Shown: positions 1 to 9,995 of the stretch, piece after piece
Position numbering within the stretch: the stretch's first letter is position 1
Layout of the letters: every line of letters starts with the position of its first letter
Source: Candidatus Eiseniibacteriota bacterium
Lineage (GTDB): Bacteria > Eisenbacteria > RBG-16-71-46 > CAZAMP01
DNA: 64,000 nt
Assembly: GCA_965224245.1 (NCBI GenBank)
Contig: OZ245046.1
Coordinates: forward strand, 5,312,001-5,376,000
Direction of reading: 5' to 3'
Notes under the pieces: model-generated
Seen by the model: only the letters and a program-made list of their open reading frames with translations
Database searches by the model: none
What the model was told of the DNA's origin: nothing
Program-made: the position numbers and the translations under genes

Positions 1-53
1 CAACCCGCGGCGCACCGGTCGCGCCACGAGAGTCCCGGGCAAGACGAGGTGTC

Positions 54-374
54 ATGAGCCAGAAGGGCTCGCGCTCGATCACGGCACTGGTGGCGATCCC
101 GATCGTGATCGCGCTGTGCTGGGTTGTCCCACGCCTGATCGTGGGCTGGATCGGCCTCGACGGGCACTGGGCACCGTACCTCTACCAGTACCTCCTCGGC
201 GGGCTGATCTTCGTGATCGGGCTCTGGGTCATCCGGCGGAGCGGCGCCTGCGACTTCGACCGACCCGGCGATCGACGCTGGTTCGGATACCTCGTCTTCG
301 GATACTTCAGCTACGCCGCCCTGCACGGTGTCGTGTTCTGGCTGGCGGAAGCCGTGCCGTTCAAGGGGCCGTGA
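54..374 (+). CDS. Small integral membrane protein (106 aa, ~3 TM), likely co-transcribed with the downstream symporter
   Basis: GAGGTG RBS before ATG54; three hydrophobic segments; stop lies 2 nt before the symporter ATG. Confidence 0.75.
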   Translation: MSQKGSRSITALVAIPIVIALCWVVPRLIVGWIGLDGHWAPYLYQYLLGGLIFVIGLWVIRRSGACDFDRPGDRRWFGYLVFGYFSYAALHGVVFWLAEAVPFKGP

Positions 375-376
375 CG

Positions 377-2368
377 ATGGCGTCCTTCCGGGATCTCCTC
401 GGCCGCGCAGCCACGCCGGGGGCGCTCGCGGCGCTCGCCACGCTCGCACCGGCGATGGCGCGGGCGGCCGAGAGCGGCGAGTTCGAGATCGCGCTTCCTT
501 CGGCCGCTCAGGGCATCGTGCTCGTCATCTGCATCGTGTACTTCATCGCGGTCCTGGCCTTCGGCGCCGTGTTCGGCCGCTTCTCGAAGGACACGCACGA
601 CTTCTTCTACTCCGGTCAGCGCTTTCCGTGGTGGCTCGTGACGGCGTCCATGATCGCCACCGGCATCGGCTCCTACTCGTTCCTGAAGTACTCCGAGGCC
701 GGCTTCAACAACGGTCTGGGATCCACGGCGACCTACATGAACGACTGGTTCGTGATGCCGTTCTTCATGTTCGGGTGGCTGCCGATCATCTACTTCTCGC
801 GCGTTCGATCCATCCCCGAGTACTTCGAGCGACGGTTCAACTGGGTCGCGCGATACCTCGCGGTCACGATCATCCTGGCGTACATGCTCTTCTACATCGG
901 ATACAACCTGTTCACGATCGCGGTGGCGATCCAGGGGATCACCGGGGTCGGGATCTGGATCCCCGTGCTCGTGTGTACGGTGATCATCGGATTCTACGTG
1001 ACGTTCGGCGGACAGACGGCCGTGATCTTCACCGACCTCGTGCAAGGCGTCATGCTGTATGCCGCCGGCGCGGCGGTGCTGATCGCCGGCATCATCTGGC
1101 TGGGCGGTCCGGGCGAGTTCTGGGGCTGGCTGCCCGTCGAGTTCCGCAATCCGCTCCCACACATCAACGAGCAGGCGCGCTTCTCGACGGCCAACAACTT
1201 CTGGGGCGAGGGGATCGCCGGCTCGATCGCGTTCACGTTCATGAACCAGGGCTTCATCATGCGCTACCTGGCAGTGAAGTCCGTCAGCGAGGGGCGCAAG
1301 GCGGCCGTCGCGAACGTGGTGTTTCTCTTGCCCATCTCGGCCGTCGTCGTGGGATGCGCCGGGTGGATCGGGCGCGCGATGATCACCAAGGGCGCGGCCA
1401 CCGGGAACGTCCCGTTCGAGCTGCACGACACGTATCACGCGTTCACGACGGTGCTGTGGACGGTCATGAACCACAACCCGTACGTGTTCGGGTTCATCAT
1501 GGCCGCTCTCCTGGCGGCGCTGATGTCCACCGTCGACACCCTGATCAACGCGTGCGCGGCGATCGGGGTGAACGATCTCTACCGGCCGTTCGCGAAAAAC
1601 CACACCGAGAAGCACTACCTGCGCGCGGCTCGCGTGGTCAGCATGCTGGCCACGGGGGTGGGGCTGCTGCTGGTCTATCTCTTCACGACGATGAAGGACG
1701 ACCTGTTCAATCTCCACTACAAGGGGGTCATGGTGATCATCCCCGCGATGGTCACCGCGATCTTCCTCGGTGCGTTCTGGCCCCGATTCAACCGGTGGGG
1801 GGCCACCATCGGCATGATCGGCGGCAGCGCGTTGAACGTGATCACGGCGCTCTATTGGCAGGAGTCGCTCGTGGATCCCCTGAGTCGGTTCGTGCTGGCG
1901 TATCCGGCGGACGGTGCGCCGAACCACTCGCTGTTTCAGGGACTGTTCGGCGTGCTCGCGACCGCCGTGATCGGCATCGGGGTGACGCTCCTGACGCCGC
2001 CGGATCCCGAGAGCAAGACCGAGGGTCTGACGGCCTTCTCGATCGGCGAGGCGATGCGACGCTTCAAGGGCGGTCTGCCCAACCTGCGACGCGGTGAGAA
2101 GAGCGTGATCTCCGGGCTGGCGCTCGCGAAGGACGACTCGGTCGGAGGGTGCGTGAGGTTGCCCGCGCCCGCGATGGCGGAGCTGGCCATCGAGGAGGGA
2201 GATCTCGTCTACGTCGCCGACGCGCGCTGGTATCTCGGCGGACTGCGGTCGGTTCAGCTTCACGCGGGCCCCGCCACCCCGGGCGAGGCGGTGCTGATGG
2301 ACGAGGCGAGCGTCGAGAAGGGCTCTCTGTTCCTGAACCGGCCGTGTCGCGTCGAGAAGATCTTCTGA
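377..2368 (+). CDS. Sodium:solute symporter (SSS family) with N-terminal signal-like segment and C-terminal soluble extension
   Basis: SSS motifs DFFYSGQRFPWW, GGQTAVIFTDLVQG and AALLAALMSTVDTLINA; many TM helices; start placed at ATG377. Confidence 0.9.
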   Translation: MASFRDLLGRAATPGALAALATLAPAMARAAESGEFEIALPSAAQGIVLVICIVYFIAVLAFGAVFGRFSKDTHDFFYSGQRFPWWLVTASMIATGIGSYSFLKYSEAGFNNGLGSTATYMNDWFVMPFFMFGWLPIIYFSRVRSIPEYFERRFNWVARYLAVTIILAYMLFYIGYNLFTIAVAIQGITGVGIWIPVLVCTVIIGFYVTFGGQTAVIFTDLVQGVMLYAAGAAVLIAGIIWLGGPGEFWGWLPVEFRNPLPHINEQARFSTANNFWGEGIAGSIAFTFMNQGFIMRYLAVKSVSEGRKAAVANVVFLLPISAVVVGCAGWIGRAMITKGAATGNVPFELHDTYHAFTTVLWTVMNHNPYVFGFIMAALLAALMSTVDTLINACAAIGVNDLYRPFAKNHTEKHYLRAARVVSMLATGVGLLLVYLFTTMKDDLFNLHYKGVMVIIPAMVTAIFLGAFWPRFNRWGATIGMIGGSALNVITALYWQESLVDPLSRFVLAYPADGAPNHSLFQGLFGVLATAVIGIGVTLLTPPDPESKTEGLTAFSIGEAMRRFKGGLPNLRRGEKSVISGLALAKDDSVGGCVRLPAPAMAELAIEEGDLVYVADARWYLGGLRSVQLHAGPATPGEAVLMDEASVEKGSLFLNRPCRVEKIF

Positions 2369-2416
2369 CCCGGATCGCCCGACGCCCCCGGGCCACCACC
2401 GCCGGTCCTCTCCCGG

Positions 2417-3601
2417 CTAGTCCGGGCGCTGCCTCGCCTCCCGCACGCCACGCGCATACTCGTTCCAGGCCGCGGTCATCTCGCGCCGCATGGCGTCGGC
2501 CTCCTGGGTGTGACCGAGCCGCTCGGAGAGGTCCGCGCAGCGAAGCTTGTACGCCGGCCGCGCCGGATCCAGGCGTACCGCCGCGTGAGAGGCCAGGAGC
2601 GGGATGCGCGTCAGGCCCTGGGCCTCGAGCGCTCCGGCCCGGGAGTCGAGCTCGACGGCCACGCGGTCTCCTGGGAACGCCACGGCGAATGCGATCGTCG
2701 CGACGAGGAGGGCGGCCGCGAACCAGTCGCTGCCGGCGCTCTCGGCGTTCGGCCGGAACCGCGCCTCGCGGATCCCGTCGAGCGCCTGCACGAAGAGCCA
2801 CAACGCGAGCGTCGCGAAGAGGCCGCACGCGATGAGCATCGCCAGCTCCATGTGGTCGGGCGCCACCACCGGGCGAGCCGCCTCGTGGTTGAGCGTCCAC
2901 AGCCACGGCAACATCGCGAGCACCGAGCCGATCCCGACGAACGGACCGACCGCGAACGCCGTCAACGCCGCGCGCCGCGTGCGATGCATCAGGAAGAGCC
3001 CCGAGCCGGGAATCAGGAACCCGAGCGCACCGACCATCACCGATCGCCGGAGCAGCCGGGGTGTCACCTGGCGCGACCAGAGCACCTCCTCGGCCGTGAA
3101 CAGAACGGCGCGCGCCGCCGCCACCCCCGCCAGACACGTGACCACGAGCGCGATCAGCGGTGCCACGAGAACCAGGCGCGCATCCTCGGCGGTGGGCCTG
3201 AAGCCGGTGATCAGTAGCGACAGCACGCCCACGGTGCCGACGGTGCCCGCGATCGAGACGGACATCCACACGCGATGCCGCCGGCCGGCGCCGGTCACGA
3301 GCACGCCGAGGGGGCCGGTCAGGAACGTGGCCGCGATGACGAGCATCGCCCGGCGAATCGAGACCGACAGCTGGGAGGTCTTTCGCGCGGACGTGCGGGC
3401 GCCCGTCGACGCGGCGCCCGGCTCGACCCGTCCTCGTGAGCTCGTGGGCGGAGGCACCAGCGTCGGCATGCGCGACGACGATGGCGGCACGACTGCGTGC
3501 GCCCGCCCGGCGTTCGACGCTCGGCTCTGGCGCATCGGGCGTGCGCCCGCGCCGTCGCCGTCGTCGATGACCCAGACTTTCCCTTTCCTGGGATCGCTCA
3601 C
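2417..3601 (-). CDS. Multi-pass membrane protein with C-terminal TPR-like helices
   Basis: AAAGGAG RBS before GTG at 3601; several TM segments; TPR-like AVRLDPARPAYKLRCADLSERLGHTQEA. Confidence 0.7.
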   Translation of the reverse strand: MSDPRKGKVWVIDDGDGAGARPMRQSRASNAGRAHAVVPPSSSRMPTLVPPPTSSRGRVEPGAASTGARTSARKTSQLSVSIRRAMLVIAATFLTGPLGVLVTGAGRRHRVWMSVSIAGTVGTVGVLSLLITGFRPTAEDARLVLVAPLIALVVTCLAGVAAARAVLFTAEEVLWSRQVTPRLLRRSVMVGALGFLIPGSGLFLMHRTRRAALTAFAVGPFVGIGSVLAMLPWLWTLNHEAARPVVAPDHMELAMLIACGLFATLALWLFVQALDGIREARFRPNAESAGSDWFAAALLVATIAFAVAFPGDRVAVELDSRAGALEAQGLTRIPLLASHAAVRLDPARPAYKLRCADLSERLGHTQEADAMRREMTAAWNEYARGVREARQRPD

Positions 3602-3642
3602 GACGTCTCCTTTCGACCGCTCGGTTTCTGCACGACGACCCA

Positions 3643-3658
3643 CGCAGCTTTGATGCCA
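3643..3658 (-). promoter_or_regulatory. Candidate sigma54 (-24/-12) promoter of the 2417..3601 gene
   Basis: Minus strand TGGCATCAAAGCTGCG has GG-N10-GC spacing and is close to TGGCAC-N5-TTGC; lies ~40 nt upstream of the start. Confidence 0.55.
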
Positions 3659-3840
3659 CCGTCGCCGTACGCTCTCCGGGACGCAATGCGGACAGGGGGT
3701 TACGAGGTTCGGCGGCGGTTTCCCGGTGGCTCTGGAGAGCCAGCGCCGCGTCGACCATCGAGGCGGGTTGCGACGGTGCGTTGCAAAAGGCGAGTGCGAG
3801 CCCCGGGGCGCCGCGGCCGGAGGGGCCGCGGTGGATGACG

Positions 3841-4305
3841 TCAGCCGCCGTCCGCGTCGCTGGATTCATCCGTGGGTGTGTCCGCGGCGTGCGCGCGCAG
3901 CCGAACGAGCGTCGCGCCCCAGCCCCCACGCGTGTGATCGGCGAGTCGATACGATCGCACCGCCGGGTGCCCGTCCAGCAGCGCATGAACGATGCGGCGC
4001 TGCACGCCCTTGCCCTTTCCGTGGACGACACGCACCTCGTCGTATCCGAGGCGTCGCGCCTCGTGGAGGTAGGTGTCGACGAGGTCCCTGATCTCGCGGG
4101 GGTCGAACGCATGAAGGTCGATCTCGTCCCCGATCGGCAGATCGACGACCGGCGGCTCGACGTCCTCGGGCGCCTCGGAGGATGCGAAGGGGTCACGTCG
4201 CGACGCGCCGGCGGCTTCCGATCGGGTGCCGTCGCGCCGACCCTCGGGGCGGATCCACCCCAGGCGCTCGAGCATTGCTCCGATCGTACGCCTCACATCC
4301 ATCAC
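3841..4305 (-). CDS. Smr (small MutS-related) domain protein
   Basis: EIDLHAF...VRVVHGKGKG...GGWGATLVRL Smr signature. Confidence 0.9.
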   Translation of the reverse strand: MMDVRRTIGAMLERLGWIRPEGRRDGTRSEAAGASRRDPFASSEAPEDVEPPVVDLPIGDEIDLHAFDPREIRDLVDTYLHEARRLGYDEVRVVHGKGKGVQRRIVHALLDGHPAVRSYRLADHTRGGWGATLVRLRAHAADTPTDESSDADGG

Positions 4306-4513
4306 CCTCTCCTGGACATCGTTGTCCGACCCGCGCCAACTCTACATGATGTGCACCGGCACCCAGCGGCTCGGCGATCAAAGACGCACACGGCCCGGCG
4401 ACGGCGAACACGCTCAGCCGGATCGGGCCGCCGGCCCGGGAGTCGTCGATCGGGTATCATGGGAGCGGCCGAACGCTGGAGCACTTACGCCACTCTCGAG
4501 GCCCCGGAGCATC

Positions 4514-5086
4514 ATGTCCGACTCACGTCGTCTGGGTGATCCCACATCCCATCAGCCGGGCCACGATTTCTCGTTCAGCTATCGCGTGCCCCAGGGGGAC
4601 TCGCGCGATCGACTGGTGTGCGATCGCTGCGACTGGGTCCACTACGTCAACCCCGTCATCATCGTCGGCAGCGTGGTGACCCGGGGCGACGAGGTCCTGT
4701 TGTGCCGGCGCGCGATCGAGCCGCGGCGCGGCTACTGGACGATCCCGGCGGGGTTTCTGGAGGAGGGCGAGAGCTCGGAGGAGGGTGCCAGGCGTGAGGC
4801 CATGGAGGAGGCCAGCGCCGAGATCGAGCTGGACGCGATCCTCGCCGTGTACGACATCCCGCGGATCAGCCAGGTGCAGATCATGTTTCGCGGCACGCTC
4901 GTCTCGGACGACGTCCACCCCGGACCCGAAAGCGAGGTCGTCGAACTGTTTCCCTTCGAGCACATCCCCTGGGACGACCTCGCGTTCCCGAGCGTGGGGT
5001 GGGCGCTCGAGCACCATCGCCGGGTGGTGGGAGTCCGGAGCTTTCCGCCGTTCCGGACGCCCGAGACGTTCGACCCGCGCCCGTAG
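4514..5086 (+). CDS. NUDIX hydrolase with N-terminal partial zinc ribbon
   Basis: RDRLVCDRCDWVHYVNP and Nudix box GFLEEGESSEEGARREAMEEA; GGAG RBS before ATG4514. Confidence 0.9.
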   Translation: MSDSRRLGDPTSHQPGHDFSFSYRVPQGDSRDRLVCDRCDWVHYVNPVIIVGSVVTRGDEVLLCRRAIEPRRGYWTIPAGFLEEGESSEEGARREAMEEASAEIELDAILAVYDIPRISQVQIMFRGTLVSDDVHPGPESEVVELFPFEHIPWDDLAFPSVGWALEHHRRVVGVRSFPPFRTPETFDPRP

Positions 5087-5144
5087 CCGCCGCCCGCCAT
5101 CCTCGGTCCTCTTGCCCCGCACGCGCCACCATGACCGACCTTAT

Positions 5145-5178
5145 CGCCGTGTTTCGACCATAACGTCGAAACACGGCG
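5145..5178. repeat. Perfect 14-bp inverted repeat (possible terminator hairpin or operator)
   Basis: CGCCGTGTTTCGAC-cataac-GTCGAAACACGGCG; no U-tract. Confidence 0.7.
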
Positions 5179-5215
5179 CGAGGGCCCCTCGGTGCCTCGT
5201 GGACTCGACGATCAT

Positions 5216-5284
5216 CAAGTTGCTTTATTAAAGCAATTTATGTGATTGTGCGACCTGCGGCAAGTCTCTGGCACTACCGATGCA
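5216..5284 (+). promoter_or_regulatory. AT-rich dyad followed by a candidate sigma54 promoter
   Basis: Palindrome TTGCTTTA-T-TAAAGCAA (5220-5236); TGGCACTACCGATGCA at 5269-5284 with exact GG-N10-GC spacing. Confidence 0.65.
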
Positions 5285-5363
5285 TTGGAGATCCGGATAG
5301 TTCGACGAAATTCGTCGGACGCCGACTTCATCGTCGATCTCGACGGCAAACGGAGGTGCTGAC

Positions 5364-5627
5364 ATGAAGACCCTGAAGCTTCACCGGATGGCGCTGGCGG
5401 CGGCTTCGCTGGCGATGGTCGCGAGCGCGGCGAATGCGATCCCCGAGAACGGTCTCGGTGGCCTCACCTGCTGCGCCGAGGATCTGCCGTACGAGGTTCT
5501 CGACCCCTACACCGATGACGTCGACGGCAGCTGGTACCGCGACGCGGGGTCGGACGGCGAGGCCGAGGTGGTCGGCGGCGGCGGTGGCGACGTCGCCGAG
5601 CCCCCGAACTCCTCCACGGGCGGCTAG
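5364..5627 (+). CDS. Small secreted acidic protein (87 aa), unknown function
   Basis: GGAGG RBS; Sec signal peptide ending AANA; mature part rich in D/E/G with one CC pair. Confidence 0.7.
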   Translation: MKTLKLHRMALAAASLAMVASAANAIPENGLGGLTCCAEDLPYEVLDPYTDDVDGSWYRDAGSDGEAEVVGGGGGDVAEPPNSSTGG

Positions 5628-5799
5628 GCGCGCCGGAGATGTGGGCCCCCCCCCGGGTGCCGGGGTCGGCTCCGCTGCGTGCCCGCGGTAGCCGGCTCCG
5701 GCCACCCCGTTTCCCCGGGGTCGTCGACCCCCCACCATCGATAATGACGGTCGTCCTCGAGCGCGATCGGGAGACGCATGGTGAAGCCCTCCGGGATGC

Positions 5800-8700
5800 T
5801 CAGCCGGCGGGAGACGCCTCGAAGTACACCGTGGCCAGGGGTGGCAGATCGAACCGGAGCGCGTTCGGGTGCCCGTGCACCGGCGTCTCGGTGCTCTCCA
5901 CGCCGTCCAGCACGCCGACGCCGCTGCCTCCGTAGCGTTCGGCGTCGCTGTTCAGGAGCTGGCGCCAGCGTCCCGCCCGGGGTACGCCCAGCGAGAAGTC
6001 CCGGCGCACCACCGGCGTGAAGTTCGAGACCACGAGCACGATGCCGTCACCGCCGGCGTCCCTGCGCAGGAACGAGTACGCGCTCCGATCCCGATCGTGG
6101 CAGTCGATCCACTCGAACCCCGTCCCCGGCGAGCAGTCCGACGTGTGAAGGGCGGGCACGGTGCGATAGATCGCGTTCAGATCGCGGAGCCAGCGCGAGA
6201 GTCCCGCGTGGGCCGGCATGTCGGAGACGACCCAGTCGAGCTCGGACTCGTGGTTCCACTCCTGCCACTGCCCGAACTCCGCGCCCATGAACAAGAGCTT
6301 CTTTCCGGTCTGGCCGTACATGTAACCGTAGAGCGCGCGCAGGGTCGCGAACTGCTTCCACCAGTCGCCGGGCATCTTCGAGAGCAGCGACCGCTTTCCG
6401 TGCACGACCTCGTCGTGCGACAGCGCCAGAAGAAAACGCTCGGAACCGGCATAGATGCCCCGGAACGTGAGCTTGTCGTGGTTGCCGCCCCTGAACAGCG
6501 GATCGAGCGCCACGTACTCGAGGGTGTCGTTCATCCACCCCATGTCCCACTTGTAGTCGAAGCCGAGCCCCCCTTCGTGAACCGGCGCGCTGATCCTGGG
6601 CCACGAGGTGGACTCCTCGGCGATGCGAAGCGCGCCCGGATGGCTCGACCCGATCGCGTCGTTCAGCTGCTTCAGGAACTCGATCGCCTCCAGATTCTCG
6701 CGGCCCCCGTGGCGGTTGGCGACCCACTCGCCCTCGTTGCGGGAGTAGTCGAGGTACAGCATCGACGCCACCGCATCCACGCGGATCCCGTCGACGTGAT
6801 AGCGCTCGAGCCAAAGGGTCGCGCTCGAGATCAGGAACGCCCGAACCTCGGGACGCCCGTAGTTGAAGATGTGGGTCTTCCAGTCCGGGTGGAAGCCCTG
6901 GCGGGGATCGGCGTGCTCGAACAGGTGGGTCCCGTCGAAGTAGCCCAGTCCGTGTCCGTCCGTGGGGAAGTGCGAGGGCACCCAGTCCAGGATGACGCCG
7001 ATGCCGTGGCGGTGCAGCTCGTCCACGAGGAACATGAAGTCCTCGGGAGACCCGAACCGGCTCGTGGGAGCGAAGTACCCGGTGGTCTGATATCCCCAGG
7101 ATCCGTCGAAGGGATGCTCGGTGATCGGCATCAGCTCGACGTGGGTGAAGCCGAGGCGCGAGAGATAGCGCGGCAGCGCGTCGGCCAGCTCGCGGTACGT
7201 GAAGGGGCGCCCCTCGGCGTGCCGACGCCAGGAACCGAGGTGCATCTCGTAGATCGCGATCGGCGCGTCCGGTGACTGGCGCTCGGCGCGCGACGCCATC
7301 CATTCGGCGTCACCCCACTCGTACGCGACCTCGTGCACGACGGATGCCGTCCGGGGCGGGATCTCCGCGCGGCTCGCGAACGGATCGGCCTTCGTGCCCT
7401 CGTGACCGCCGACCCGGGAGATGATCCGGTACTTGTAGACCGCGCCCTCGGCCGCCTCGCGAACGAAGCCCGCCCAGACGCCCGAGGCTCCCACCGGCTT
7501 CAGCGGGTGGGCGGTGGGACTCCAGCCGTTGAAGGACCCGATCACGTGTACCGAGCGCGCCGCGGGCGCCCAGACCGCGAAGTGCACACCCTTCTCGTCG
7601 CCGTCGGTGACGACGTGCGCACCGAGCTTCTCGAACAGACGGAAGTGTCGACCCTCGTTGAAGAGGTACACGTCATCGGGCGTCATCGCGACCTCGGCCC
7701 GCGAGCGGACCGTGACGCTCGCGCGCTCGGCCCGGGCACGCCCGGCGCCGGCGTGCTCGGCGCGGATGCCGCCGGCCCGCGCATCACGGATCGCCGCCAT
7801 GCAGCGCGCCGCACCCGGGTGCTGGGCGATCTCCTCCAGCGAGAGCGCCGCCACGTGACGCCAGTTGGGGTGGGCGTCGGTGGTGCCCGGGACGTTCTGC
7901 GCGCGCGTCTCGAGCCAGAGGTCCTCGAGCGACACCATCGTGATCTCGGCGGGTCGGCGTGCGATCTCGCGGAGCGTGCCCACGAGGAGATCCTCCGGCG
8001 TCGGCTCTCCTCCGACGTGGCCACGGAGCCGCAGCACGCGCTCGAGATCGCCGAGGGCCTGAACGCGCCTGGCGCGAGCCTCGGGCTCCTTCTCCGCGGG
8101 GAGCAGGCCCACCTCGACCCACGTCGTGATGTCACCGCCCTCGAGGAAGCGCGCGAACGGAGACATGTCGTGCGTGTTCAGGCTCGTGACGGATTTCGGT
8201 GGACGATCCTCGAAGGCCGATACGGCATCCCGCTCCAGCTCGCCCTGCACGACGTGCATGCGCAGGATGTGATGCCGGGCGAGACGTTCGCGAACGCCGC
8301 CGGCCACGGTGCCGAGATCCTCACCGATCAGGATCGTGTCGTGCCGGACCGACTCGATGCAGAGAATCGCGTAGAGCTCGTCGAACGGCATGCGCACGTA
8401 GCCGCCGGACTCTCCCGGCATCCCCGACGGGATCCAGTACTGGCGATGCAGTCCCAGCGCGTGATCGATCCTGAGCGCGCCGGCACGCCGGCAGTGGTGT
8501 CGGATGAACGCGATCACGTGCTCGTGACCGTGGTGCCGCGACACGTCCGGTCGGATCGGGGGCAGGCCCCAGTCCTGCCCCGACGGGGCCAGCGGATCGG
8601 GCGGCGCCCCGACCGCAGTGTTCATCGCGAAGAGGTCGCCCTCTCGCCACGTGTCGAAGCTGTCGGCGTGCACGCCGATCGGGAGGTCCAGGTACAGCCC

Positions 8701-9879
8701 GGGGCCGTGCGCGGAGAGCCGATCGGCGCACGCGGCGAGCTGCTCGTCCGCGATCCACTGCACGTACTGGTGGAGACGGAACGCATCCTCGTCGTAGCCA
8801 TCCGGTGTGAGCGCGCCGAACCGGGCCTCGTGGGACCACGCCGACCAGCCGCACTTCTCGCGTTCGCCGGCCGCACGAAACGCGGCATAGTCGTCGAGCA
8901 TCGGACGGGACGCGCGAAACGCCTCGAACTCCGCGCGGCGCGGCGAGTCGCCCGAGAAGAAGCCCTTGCTGAGGCGCTTCAGTACGGTTCGCATCAGCGT
9001 CATCTGGGTGCGTGGATCGGTCCGGTCGCCGCTCCGCAGCCTGTCGAACGCATGCCGGATGCGTTTGCCTTCGAGGATGCGCTGGGCGGCGCGGTTCGTC
9101 GCGAGCTCGGGGATCCGTTCCAGGTCGACGTGGAGCTCGTTCCAGAACAGCCGGCTCACGGGCGCGTAGGGACTGATCTCGTACGGCTCGTCCAGGAACG
9201 CGGGCAACAGCGGAAGCGTTCCGACCAATCCGGCGCCGTAGCCGGCCGCCCAGTCCCCGAGGGCCGCGAGGTCGCCGAAGCAGCCGGTGCCGTGGGAGCG
9301 CTCGGAGTGGAGCGCGTACAGGGGAACGAACACGCCCCACGCGCCGAACGCGCCGTCGCCGGAGCCGTGCGCGGGGCGGTACGCATGCTCTGGCGCGGAG
9401 AAGACGCGACAGACCACCGGCTCGCCGCCGAGCTCCAGGCGGAGCTCGTGATATCCGATCGGCAGGCCTCCCGGGAGGGTGAGCCGGAGGCGCACGTACG
9501 GTACGCCGCCGACCTCGTAGGCCCGGACCTTCGGCAACGTGACGAGATCGACGTCCAGCGGGCGTTCCTCGCCCGACTCCAGCTCCAGCATCCCGACCAC
9601 GCGACCGGTCGCCATCCGGGCCGGCATGCGCAGGGAGACCGACACCGGACCGCCGTTCCACGCGACCGCGATCGGGTCGAGCGTCTCGGTGGCCAGCCGG
9701 CGCACGCGCTCGTCGAGCGCGCGTTCGACGCCCTCGCTCGGGGGAGAGCCCCGGAGTGCTCCGATCAGCGCCTCCAGCGTGTCCGGCGCAGCCGAGACGG
9801 TCTTGCCGAGCACGTCGGTGTACTCGGTGAGAATGCCGTGCAGCCGAGCCAGTCGGCGCAACGCGTGGCTGACCGCCAC
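5800..9879 (-). CDS. malQ-glgB: Fused 4-alpha-glucanotransferase (GH77, MalQ) and 1,4-alpha-glucan branching enzyme (GH13, GlgB)
   Basis: GH77 motifs YLDLPIG, ALRIDHALG, LIGEDLG and THD; GlgB motifs HPFDGSWGYQ, GIRVDAVASMLY, IAEEST and LSHDEVVHGK; single 1359-aa frame. Confidence 0.93.
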   Translation of the reverse strand: MAVSHALRRLARLHGILTEYTDVLGKTVSAAPDTLEALIGALRGSPPSEGVERALDERVRRLATETLDPIAVAWNGGPVSVSLRMPARMATGRVVGMLELESGEERPLDVDLVTLPKVRAYEVGGVPYVRLRLTLPGGLPIGYHELRLELGGEPVVCRVFSAPEHAYRPAHGSGDGAFGAWGVFVPLYALHSERSHGTGCFGDLAALGDWAAGYGAGLVGTLPLLPAFLDEPYEISPYAPVSRLFWNELHVDLERIPELATNRAAQRILEGKRIRHAFDRLRSGDRTDPRTQMTLMRTVLKRLSKGFFSGDSPRRAEFEAFRASRPMLDDYAAFRAAGEREKCGWSAWSHEARFGALTPDGYDEDAFRLHQYVQWIADEQLAACADRLSAHGPGLYLDLPIGVHADSFDTWREGDLFAMNTAVGAPPDPLAPSGQDWGLPPIRPDVSRHHGHEHVIAFIRHHCRRAGALRIDHALGLHRQYWIPSGMPGESGGYVRMPFDELYAILCIESVRHDTILIGEDLGTVAGGVRERLARHHILRMHVVQGELERDAVSAFEDRPPKSVTSLNTHDMSPFARFLEGGDITTWVEVGLLPAEKEPEARARRVQALGDLERVLRLRGHVGGEPTPEDLLVGTLREIARRPAEITMVSLEDLWLETRAQNVPGTTDAHPNWRHVAALSLEEIAQHPGAARCMAAIRDARAGGIRAEHAGAGRARAERASVTVRSRAEVAMTPDDVYLFNEGRHFRLFEKLGAHVVTDGDEKGVHFAVWAPAARSVHVIGSFNGWSPTAHPLKPVGASGVWAGFVREAAEGAVYKYRIISRVGGHEGTKADPFASRAEIPPRTASVVHEVAYEWGDAEWMASRAERQSPDAPIAIYEMHLGSWRRHAEGRPFTYRELADALPRYLSRLGFTHVELMPITEHPFDGSWGYQTTGYFAPTSRFGSPEDFMFLVDELHRHGIGVILDWVPSHFPTDGHGLGYFDGTHLFEHADPRQGFHPDWKTHIFNYGRPEVRAFLISSATLWLERYHVDGIRVDAVASMLYLDYSRNEGEWVANRHGGRENLEAIEFLKQLNDAIGSSHPGALRIAEESTSWPRISAPVHEGGLGFDYKWDMGWMNDTLEYVALDPLFRGGNHDKLTFRGIYAGSERFLLALSHDEVVHGKRSLLSKMPGDWWKQFATLRALYGYMYGQTGKKLLFMGAEFGQWQEWNHESELDWVVSDMPAHAGLSRWLRDLNAIYRTVPALHTSDCSPGTGFEWIDCHDRDRSAYSFLRRDAGGDGIVLVVSNFTPVVRRDFSLGVPRAGRWRQLLNSDAERYGGSGVGVLDGVESTETPVHGHPNALRFDLPPLATVYFEASPAG

Positions 9880-9995
9880 GGGACCCCCTCAGTTGAGCGC
9901 GAATCGGAAACGCGTACCATACGCGGACCGGCGTCGCCCTCGCAACGACGGTGCTCGTCGAGGGTTTCACGCGCCGGGGCCCGGGGGCGGGAACG

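Noticed and set aside
5364-5627. RiPP precursor
   Set aside because: It has a classical Sec signal peptide and no adjacent modification enzymes or transporter
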